DNA of 64,000 nucleotides from Planctomycetota bacterium (GTDB taxonomy: Bacteria > Planctomycetota > UBA1135 > UBA2386): NCBI GenBank assembly GCA_965223545.1, contig OZ245006.1, forward strand, positions 6,240,001 to 6,304,000, read 5' to 3'. The notes beneath the pieces are model-generated. The model searched no databases. It was not told the DNA's origin and was given only the letters and a program-made list of their open reading frames with translations. The position numbers and the translations under genes were made by a program. Position 1 is the first letter of the stretch. Every line of letters begins with the position of its first letter. This document shows, piece after piece, positions 39,726 to 47,350 of this stretch.

Positions 39726-40445
39726 ATGCTGCCCTCCAAATCCACCCGCGTCGCGATCCGGCGGTTGCTCGACGGGCTGCCGACCGCCGAGATCGGCGCG
39801 ATCTACTGCGATGAGGGTGGCGACGCGTTTTGGCGGGCGCGGCGGCCCGCGGTCGAGCGGGTCGGCGTGCGCTGGAGCCAGGAGTGGGCGCGCCGCGTGC
39901 CACGCGGCGGGCACAGCGTGTACGTCGGTGCCGGCGTCGCCGAGCTGCCCGTGCTGTTGACCGAGGTGCTCGATCTGGACCGGCGGTGCAGCGCGTTCAA
40001 CCTGCGCCCCGCCGAGTGCGCGCTGCTGGATGACGCGCTGCGCAGCGCCGGGCTCGGTGACCGCCTGCGCATCCAGCCCGCGTGCCCGGTGCGCACCGGC
40101 GCTCTCGAGCCGGGGTTCGACGGTTTGGCGATGGTCAGCGTGCTCACCGACCCGGAGACCTATCCCGAGCTGTCGGACGTCACCTACGGCCGCGCGATGG
40201 CGCTGGAACTCGACGTCAGCGCGTTCGCCGCACAGCGCGACGCGGCGCGCGCCCTGGTCGCCGGTTTGCTCGGGTCCGCGGCGCTGCCGGCGGTGGTGGC
40301 GACGACGGTCGACGAGGTCCCTTGGATCATGGAAGCGGCGGCCGGCCTGGGCCTCGCGGTCGACGCCGATGACACGGTGTTGGAGACCCCGCTGGTCGGT
40401 GACCCCGCGGGCTTTCTCGCGTTGCGCCGCGCCGCGCAGCCCTGA
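39726..40445 (+). CDS. Hypothetical protein (possibly methyltransferase-like)
   Basis: SVYVGAGVAE resembles SAM-binding motif I; SVLTDPE.YP.LS. Confidence 0.6.
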   Translation: MLPSKSTRVAIRRLLDGLPTAEIGAIYCDEGGDAFWRARRPAVERVGVRWSQEWARRVPRGGHSVYVGAGVAELPVLLTEVLDLDRRCSAFNLRPAECALLDDALRSAGLGDRLRIQPACPVRTGALEPGFDGLAMVSVLTDPETYPELSDVTYGRAMALELDVSAFAAQRDAARALVAGLLGSAALPAVVATTVDEVPWIMEAAAGLGLAVDADDTVLETPLVGDPAGFLALRRAAQP

Positions 40446-42221
40446 TCAGCCGCGGGCGACCTCGTCCTTGTCGGCCAGCGCTTCGATCTGCTGGCGCGAC
40501 AAACGCGACAGCCGCAGCTTGCGCGAGGCCAGTCGGGTGTCGCGCAGCTCGGAGTAGACCTCCGCGGGCATCCCGCGCGGCAGGTCGACGGTGCTGAAGT
40601 CGTCGTACAGCTCGATTCTGCCGACGCCGCGGCCCGGCAGTCGAGCCGTGGTCGCGATCGTCGCGACGATGCTCGCGGGTTTGGCGCCGTGTGTGCGGCC
40701 GACTTCGATGCGGTAGCGCTCCATGCCGCGCGCCGGGGGCGGGACGATCCAGCCCCGCTGGCGCGCCGGTCGCGGTCGCGCCCCGGTCGCCTCGCTGGCG
40801 CGGGTCCGCCGCCGCGCCGGGGGAGTGCGGAACTCGCGGCCGCCCGCCGGGGGCGCGGTCGGCTCGGGGCCCTCCGGCCACAGCGGGCGGCGGCCGCTCG
40901 CCAGATGGGCGAGGGCGGCCGCGACGCGCAGGGGCGGAGTGGACGAGGTTTCGCAGTACTCCCCGAGCAGCTCCGTGATCGGCTCGAGGTCGGGCCGGGT
41001 CAGAGCGTCCTCGATCCGCTCCAGCAGCTTGGCCGAACGCCGGCGGAACACGGCGTGGCGGTTGGGCAGCGCCATCGGCTCGAAGCGACAGCCCGTGGCG
41101 TTCTCGAGCATCCGCAGCCGTCGTCGCTCGGCGGGGGTGACGAACAGGATGGCCTCGCCGCCGCGGCCGGCGCGGCCGGTGCGGCCGATGCGGTGCACGT
41201 AGGCTTCGACATCCCAGGGGGCATCGTAGTTGATGACGTGGCTGACGCGTTCGACGTCGAGGCCGCGGGCGGCGACGTCGGTAGCCACCAGGATGTCGAC
41301 GCGACCGCGGCGCAGCCGATCGATGGTGCGCTCGCGCTCGCGCTGGGGCACGTCGCCGTTGAGGGGGGCCGCGTCGAAGCCGCGCGCACCGAGGTCCTCG
41401 GCGATGTCGATCGTCGCCGCCCGCGTGCGGGCAAAGACGATGACTCCGTCGTGGGATTCGGTCTCCAGAACCCGCGCCAGGGCCTCGCGCTTCTGCGCGC
41501 GGGTGACGACGACGGCGCGGTGGCGCACCGCGCTCGCGCCCCGGGTCCCGGTCTCGGTGGCGGTGTGCTCGGGATCGCGCAGGGTTGCCGCGGCGATGGC
41601 GCGGATCTCGTCGGCCATCGTCGCCGAGAACAGTGCGGTCTGGCGGTCCGCTGGCGCGTGCTCGAGAATGGACTCGACGTCCTCGCGGAAGCCCATCCGC
41701 AGGAGCTCGTCGGCCTCGTCGATGACCACGTGGCGGATCGCGTCCAAGCGCAGCGAGCCGCGCTGCAAGTGGTCCATCAGGCGTCCCGGCGTGCCGACCA
41801 CGACGTGGACCCCGCGCGCGAGAGGCGCCAGCTGGGCGCCATACGCCTGGCCGCCGTACACCGCCAGGACGCGCAGCTTGGCCATGAATTGGCCGTAGCG
41901 CTCGAATGCCCCCGCGACCTGCAGCGCCAGCTCGCGTGTCGGCGCCAGCACCAGCACTTGAGGTCGCTGGATGGCAGTGTCCAGTTGCGTCAGAATGGGC
42001 CAGCAGAACGCGCCGGTCTTGCCGGTCCCGGTCTGCGCCTGGCCGATGAGATCACGCCCGGCCAGCAGCAGCGGGATCGCCCGGCACTGGATCGGAGTGG
42101 GCTTCTCGTAGCCCGCGGCCGCGATCGCCCGCAGCACCGGATCGGCGAGCTGCAGGTCGGCAAAAGGACTTCCGTGCTGGTCGTCATTCGCCGCCGGAAC
42201 CGATGGGTCGCTCATGTTCAT
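40446..42221 (-). CDS. deaD: DEAD-box RNA helicase DeaD/CsdA with DbpA-type RNA-binding domain
   Basis: PTPIQ, AQTGTGKT, PTRELA, DEAD, SAT, ARGLD, HRIGRTGRAG; C-terminal YRIEVGR.HG.KP. Confidence 0.93.
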   Translation of the reverse strand: MNMSDPSVPAANDDQHGSPFADLQLADPVLRAIAAAGYEKPTPIQCRAIPLLLAGRDLIGQAQTGTGKTGAFCWPILTQLDTAIQRPQVLVLAPTRELALQVAGAFERYGQFMAKLRVLAVYGGQAYGAQLAPLARGVHVVVGTPGRLMDHLQRGSLRLDAIRHVVIDEADELLRMGFREDVESILEHAPADRQTALFSATMADEIRAIAAATLRDPEHTATETGTRGASAVRHRAVVVTRAQKREALARVLETESHDGVIVFARTRAATIDIAEDLGARGFDAAPLNGDVPQRERERTIDRLRRGRVDILVATDVAARGLDVERVSHVINYDAPWDVEAYVHRIGRTGRAGRGGEAILFVTPAERRRLRMLENATGCRFEPMALPNRHAVFRRRSAKLLERIEDALTRPDLEPITELLGEYCETSSTPPLRVAAALAHLASGRRPLWPEGPEPTAPPAGGREFRTPPARRRTRASEATGARPRPARQRGWIVPPPARGMERYRIEVGRTHGAKPASIVATIATTARLPGRGVGRIELYDDFSTVDLPRGMPAEVYSELRDTRLASRKLRLSRLSRQQIEALADKDEVARG

Positions 42222-42345
42222 GGTCGCAATGCCAAAGCGCACGGCCCGGGCAAACCGGCCAACCCTACTCGCGGTGGTGGCCACAGCGCAAGCAGCGGTC
42301 GGTCCGGGTCGTTGAAACCGGCCGGGGAAGTCATCTACTTCTGCG

Positions 42346-42813
42346 ATGGACGGCGATCCCGACGCGCCCGCGAGCCCGGCGGCCCGCCTGCCGGTGCGGC
42401 TCGAGCTGGGTGCCGCGCCGGCGGCTCGGTGCCGCATCGCCGTTTGGGGCCGGGCCCACCCGGGGGGGCTGGCCGTTTTCGACGACAACTGGCTCAACAC
42501 CGAGGTGGCGGTGGCGGGGGTGGAGCGCGGCTGGCGCTACCACGCGTTCCTGCGCGCGGGCGACTTCGCGCGCCTTGCGGGCGAGCTTCGCGCCCTCGAA
42601 GACGGGTCGCTCGAGCGGGCGGCCTTCGAGCCGCGCGATCCGTGGGTCGCGTTCTGGCTGTGGAGAGCGGACGGAGGCGCACAGGGCCGGGCGCGGTTGC
42701 GCGATGGCGGCTCCGAGCGCGGCGCGGAGTTCGGCCTGCGGCTCGACGACGCCGCCCTCGGCTGTCTTCGCCGCCAGGTGGAAGGCGTGACCAGCCTGTT
42801 GCCGCCGCGGTGA
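42346..42813 (+). CDS. Hypothetical protein (weakly WapI-like)
   Basis: DDNWL..EV.V, F.RLAGEL..L, AAFEP.DPW; coupled to the next gene via TGATG. Confidence 0.5.
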   Translation: MDGDPDAPASPAARLPVRLELGAAPAARCRIAVWGRAHPGGLAVFDDNWLNTEVAVAGVERGWRYHAFLRAGDFARLAGELRALEDGSLERAAFEPRDPWVAFWLWRADGGAQGRARLRDGGSERGAEFGLRLDDAALGCLRRQVEGVTSLLPPR

Positions 42814-43922
42814 TGGACGTCGACTTTCGCAACTCGGTCGTCCTCGCGCCGCTGACCAAGGGCGGCAACCTGCCGTTCCGCCGGCTGTGTGTCGCGCACG
42901 GTGCGCGGATCACGACGTCGGAGATGGCCTACGCCCGGCAGGTGCTGCGGGGCAGTCGGTCCGAGCTGGCGCTGTTGCGCCGCCACGGCAGTGAGCCGTG
43001 CTTCGGCGTGCAGCTGGCGGCGGGCAAGCCCGAGGAGGCGGCCGCCGCCGCGGCGGTCGCCGTCGAGCGGGGTGCGGTGTTCGTCGATCTCAACGTCGGC
43101 TGTCCGATCCACGACGTCGTGCGGCGCGGGATGGGGGCGACGCTGATGCGGAGGCCGGCGGTGGTCGGTCGCATTGTCGGCGCCCTGGTCGCGGCGGTGC
43201 CGGTGCCGATCACGGTCAAGCTGCGCACTGGCTGGCGCGAGGGGCGCGCGAACTGTCTCGAGCTCGGTCGCATCGCCGAGGCCGAGGGCGCCGCCGCGGT
43301 CACGCTGCACGCCCGCAGCCGCGAGCAGCGCTACAGCAAGGCGGCGGATTGGAACCAGGTCGCCGAGTTGGCCGCGGCGCTGTCGGTGCCGGTGATCGGC
43401 AATGGCGATCTGTTGACGCACTACGAGGCCGAGCGCCGGCGCGCCAGCAGTGGCTGTGCCGGCGTCATGCTGGCGCGGGGTGCGCTGATCAAGCCGTGGT
43501 TGTTTCGCGAGATCGCGGAGCGGCGGAGCATCGAGCCGAGCGCAGCGGAGAGGGTCGCGGTCTACGTGGAGTTCGTCGGCTACTTGCGCGAGCACTTCGG
43601 CGACGACGAGCGCGGTCGCGAGCGCGCCCTGCGTTTTCTCGCCTGGCACCTGGACTTCTTCAGTCGCTACCGGCCGCTGCCGGAGGCCGGGTTCGCGGCG
43701 GCGGCGGCGATGCACCCGCTGATGCAGACCCGGCACCGCGACGAGGAAGTGCCGTTGTTGGAAGCGGTGTTGCGGGATCCGCGGCCCGAGATGCACGCGG
43801 AGATCGCGGCCGTGCTCTGGGCGGCGGACGACGGCGCCGCCGCCGCTGCTCTGCAGGCGCTCGGCCAGCGCCTGCCACCGCGCGGCGGCGATCCGGCCGA
43901 GGTCCGCACCGCGCACGGCTAA
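42813..43922 (+). CDS. tRNA-dihydrouridine synthase family protein, Dus3-like
   Basis: LAPLTKGGNLPFRRLC, DLNVGCP, TVKLRTG, LHARSREQRYSKAADW, IGNGD, MLARGALIKPWLF. Confidence 0.9.
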   Translation: MDVDFRNSVVLAPLTKGGNLPFRRLCVAHGARITTSEMAYARQVLRGSRSELALLRRHGSEPCFGVQLAAGKPEEAAAAAAVAVERGAVFVDLNVGCPIHDVVRRGMGATLMRRPAVVGRIVGALVAAVPVPITVKLRTGWREGRANCLELGRIAEAEGAAAVTLHARSREQRYSKAADWNQVAELAAALSVPVIGNGDLLTHYEAERRRASSGCAGVMLARGALIKPWLFREIAERRSIEPSAAERVAVYVEFVGYLREHFGDDERGRERALRFLAWHLDFFSRYRPLPEAGFAAAAAMHPLMQTRHRDEEVPLLEAVLRDPRPEMHAEIAAVLWAADDGAAAAALQALGQRLPPRGGDPAEVRTAHG

Positions 43923-44083
43923 CTCCGATTTTGCCGGGGTCGGGCCGGCGTCGCGAAGCGCCGATGTCGTGGGTTTCTCGAGCCACCCCTAGGGGGATGC
44001 GTCGAGTCACCGCGCGCGGCACCGGGTTCCCTTGGCCGGAGAAGGGAGCATGATGTGGGCTCCATCCCCCAAGAGGACTCCCC

Positions 44084-46741
44084 ATGCGCTTTGTCTCCCT
44101 CGTCATCGCGGGCGCGTTGGTCGCGTCGGCGCCGGCTCAGATCTTCGTCAGCCCCAGTGGCAGTGATGTCACCGGCACCGGCAGCCAGGCCAACCCGTAC
44201 CGCACGATTGGTTTCGCCGCGGGCCAGGCCAACCCCGGCGCGGTGATCAACCTGACCGCCGGCGAGTTCGGTGATGACGACCAAATCGTCCTGGGCGACC
44301 GCGACCTCACGCTGGTGGGCGCCGGCATCGGCGCGACGATCGTGCGGCCGCACGCCACGCTGACCCAGACCTTTCCCGCTGGCCAGCTGCCGGGGACGCC
44401 GACCGAGCACACGGTGGTGATCGCGGTCGATGGCGCTGCGCGCGTCGACTTGCGCGGCATGACGATCGACGGCGCGTTCCGCGTGCCCGCGTCGGGTCGG
44501 CTCTACGGTGTGCTGTATCGCGATGGGGCCAGCGGGACGGTGGACGGAGTCGAGATCGTGAACACGCGCGACGACCCGCTCTCCAATTCGCAGTCGCCGG
44601 CGGCGGCCGTGGTACGGGGTGACGGCGCCGGGCCGAGTCAGGTCCGCTTTCGGCAGTGTCGCATCGCCGATTTCGGCAAAGTCGGGATCGCCGCGTTCTT
44701 CAGCGCGCTGGTCGACGTCGAGTACTGCGAAGTGCGCGGCGCGGGCGCGGTCGCCGGTGGCGGACCGGCGCAGGTTGGCGTGCAGATCGGTTTTGGCGCG
44801 GTGGGGGCAGTCAACCACAACATCGTCTCCGACTGCAACGACCCGGCGACGCCGGGGTCGTCGAGTGGCGTGTTGCTGTTCAACGCGGGCGCGGGGTGCC
44901 GAGTCGAAGCCAACTCGGTGGCGCGCTGCGACGACGGCATCGCGGTCGCCCAGCAGCCGCCCGCCAGCGTGGCGGGGTTCGTGCGCAGCAACAACGCCAG
45001 CGCCGCCTTCGATCAGGCGTTGCGTGTCGAGGGCCAGTCGCCGTTGCTGATCACCGGCAACGTGGCCAGTCACGTCGAGTCGGTGCTGTCGCCGGTCTGG
45101 GACGACACCGCCGGGCTCAACACGTGGCAGCGCAACCGCTATTCCGACTTCTTGTCGGGGGAGACCTATCCGATTCCGGGCGGCGCCAACGTGGATCCGG
45201 CTCCCGTGCGCGGCTGCGCCGAGTTCGCCCCGAGCGTGCCCGTCAATCTCGGGTTCTTCGCCGAGGACGTGGTCATCGCCGACTTCGATGGGCTGAACCA
45301 GCTCGACTTCGCCGCCGTGCGTCGCGGCGCCTCGCCGATCCTCGCGGTGGCGCTGGAGAACGGTGCCGGGGGCTACACGGTGCAGAGCTTGCCGTTCTCG
45401 TCCGGCGCCGCGATGGCCATCGATGTGGTGGCCGGTCAGTTCGACGCCATGCCGGGCGACGACTTGGTCGTGCTGACGCGCAACGTCGATACGACCTTCA
45501 ACAGCGAGGAGCGCTTCTACCTGTTCGCCAACGACGGTAGCGGTACGTTCTCGCTCACCTACCAGCAGAAGCTGCCGCCGGCGATCTTCGCCACCAACGC
45601 CATCGCCAGTGGCGACCTGAACGGCGATGGGTTCGAGGATCTGGTCATCGGCTCGTCCGGCAACGGGCTCGGCTTGCCCGGCATCGGGCTCCTGATGTTC
45701 AACTCGGGTTCGCTGAGCAGCTGGGCACCTGGCGCGTTGCCGGGGATTTCGCAGCCGGTCACCGCGGTGGCGGTCGCCGACATCGATGGCGCGGCCGGTG
45801 TCGACATCGTTGTGCTCGAAGCCACGACTCCGCAGGGCGGCATGCGCTTCTACACCAACGACGGAAGCGGAAGCTTCGTCGAGGGCGCGGGCAGCCCGGT
45901 ATTGGTCGGCAACACGCCGACGGCGGTGACCACTCAGGACATCGACGGCGATGGCGATCGCGATGTCATCGCCACCGCGTGGGAGTCGGCGACAGGGGTG
46001 ACGCCGGGCTCGGTGTGGATCCTGACCAACGACTTGCCGACGGGCTTCGGTGCGCGGTCGGTGCCGACGGACCGGGGGCCGGTCGATGTCGTCGGCGGTG
46101 ACATCGCCTTCGATTCCGACCCCGACACCCTGCGCTTTGACAGCGTGGTGGCGAACCGCCTCGGCAACTCGCTGACGCTGGTGATGGAGCACGCCTCCGG
46201 CGGTCCGGCCGGTGGCCCTCTCTGCACGCGCGGTGCGGGACCGACGGGAGTCGCGGTGGGCGATCTGGATGGCGATGGCTTGCAGGATGCGCTGGTCAGT
46301 GCCGCGGGGCGGGTCTTCGTCTCGATCCTGTACGGCGTGCCGACGTCGCGCGAGGACGTGTACGGCTTCGGTTGCCCGGGCACGGCGGGGCGTTCTCCGA
46401 CGATTGGCGCGGGCGGCAACCCCGGCGTCGCGCTGGTCGGCAACTCCAACTTCACCATCGAGCTGGGGGATACGCCGCCGAGCGCCCCGGCTGCGTTCTT
46501 GCTGTCGGGCGCGCCGTCGCCGGCGCTCTTCCCTTGTGGCCTGCACATCGGCCCGATCTTGTTCTCGGTCGGCGTGCCGACCTCGCCGGCGGGTGAGTTC
46601 ACCTTGCCGCTCCCCGTCCCGAACAACCCGAACCTGGTCGGGGCGACGTTCTACAACCAGTGGGCCGTGGTCGACCCGGTGGGGCCGTTCCTCAACTTCC
46701 TGACGCTGACGCAAGGGCTCAAGGTCCGCGTCGGCGCCTGA
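44084..46741 (+). CDS. Secreted FG-GAP repeat protein with N-terminal beta-helix (DUF1565-like) and shared C-terminal domain
   Basis: FVSPSGSD..GTGS..NPYRTI; multiple D.DGDG..D FG-GAP loops; C-terminal YGFGCPG...P..P.LVG..FY.QW. Confidence 0.85.
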   Translation: MRFVSLVIAGALVASAPAQIFVSPSGSDVTGTGSQANPYRTIGFAAGQANPGAVINLTAGEFGDDDQIVLGDRDLTLVGAGIGATIVRPHATLTQTFPAGQLPGTPTEHTVVIAVDGAARVDLRGMTIDGAFRVPASGRLYGVLYRDGASGTVDGVEIVNTRDDPLSNSQSPAAAVVRGDGAGPSQVRFRQCRIADFGKVGIAAFFSALVDVEYCEVRGAGAVAGGGPAQVGVQIGFGAVGAVNHNIVSDCNDPATPGSSSGVLLFNAGAGCRVEANSVARCDDGIAVAQQPPASVAGFVRSNNASAAFDQALRVEGQSPLLITGNVASHVESVLSPVWDDTAGLNTWQRNRYSDFLSGETYPIPGGANVDPAPVRGCAEFAPSVPVNLGFFAEDVVIADFDGLNQLDFAAVRRGASPILAVALENGAGGYTVQSLPFSSGAAMAIDVVAGQFDAMPGDDLVVLTRNVDTTFNSEERFYLFANDGSGTFSLTYQQKLPPAIFATNAIASGDLNGDGFEDLVIGSSGNGLGLPGIGLLMFNSGSLSSWAPGALPGISQPVTAVAVADIDGAAGVDIVVLEATTPQGGMRFYTNDGSGSFVEGAGSPVLVGNTPTAVTTQDIDGDGDRDVIATAWESATGVTPGSVWILTNDLPTGFGARSVPTDRGPVDVVGGDIAFDSDPDTLRFDSVVANRLGNSLTLVMEHASGGPAGGPLCTRGAGPTGVAVGDLDGDGLQDALVSAAGRVFVSILYGVPTSREDVYGFGCPGTAGRSPTIGAGGNPGVALVGNSNFTIELGDTPPSAPAAFLLSGAPSPALFPCGLHIGPILFSVGVPTSPAGEFTLPLPVPNNPNLVGATFYNQWAVVDPVGPFLNFLTLTQGLKVRVGA

Positions 46742-46765
46742 GCTCGGGCCCGGTCGAGACAAGCG

Positions 46766-47329
46766 GTGCGCTCGGGCCTCGCAGTCGGTCTGCTGTTGGC
46801 TGCGGGAGCGGTCGCGCTCGCACTGTGGGGCCCGGGCGGGGGGGCGGACGCGTCCGACCCCCCGGTGTCGGTCGGTGATGCTGCCTCGCCCCCCACGGAT
46901 GGCCCGCCGACGCTGGTCGGCGAGGCGATCGATCCAGCCGCCGGCGCGGCGGCCGCCGAAGCCGAGGCCGTGCCGCCGGCCGCTCGCCCGGCGGGAGCTC
47001 GGGCGTTGCAACCGTTCGGCGCCGAAGACGGAGCCGGTGAAGCCCCGCCGAAGGGTGATTGTCCGGTGCGCACCGCCGCCGGCTGGCTCGATCTTTCGCC
47101 GACGCTACGGCGCCTCGAGCGGGAGGGAGCGCAGGCCGCCGGCGAGCTCTTCGCGAACGCCGAAAAGCTGCTGCCGGTGCGGCCCGACGGCCACTACTCG
47201 CTGCATGCCGTCGATGGTGGCTCGGGCGAGGACCGCCTCGTCGTCGGTGCGCACGGTGAGGTGTTCTTCAGCGCGGATGCGGGCGAGTCCTTCAGCCGCG
47301 TCCACTGGCGGAGAGATGCCGGCCGGTGA
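46766..47329 (+). CDS. Membrane-anchored protein with degenerate barnase/RNase Sa-like domain
   Basis: TLRRLE...GELFANAEKLLP...GHY...DRLVVG..GEVFFSAD..ESF.RV. Confidence 0.6.
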   Translation: MRSGLAVGLLLAAGAVALALWGPGGGADASDPPVSVGDAASPPTDGPPTLVGEAIDPAAGAAAAEAEAVPPAARPAGARALQPFGAEDGAGEAPPKGDCPVRTAAGWLDLSPTLRRLEREGAQAAGELFANAEKLLPVRPDGHYSLHAVDGGSGEDRLVVGAHGEVFFSADAGESFSRVHWRRDAGR

Positions 47330-47350
47330 CGCGAGGAGCGGGGCTCGCTG

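Noticed and set aside
40689..42812. Long N-terminal extension making the Dus protein 1077 aa
   Set aside because: It overlaps deaD on the opposite strand; the real start is ATG 42813, coupled to the upstream TGA.
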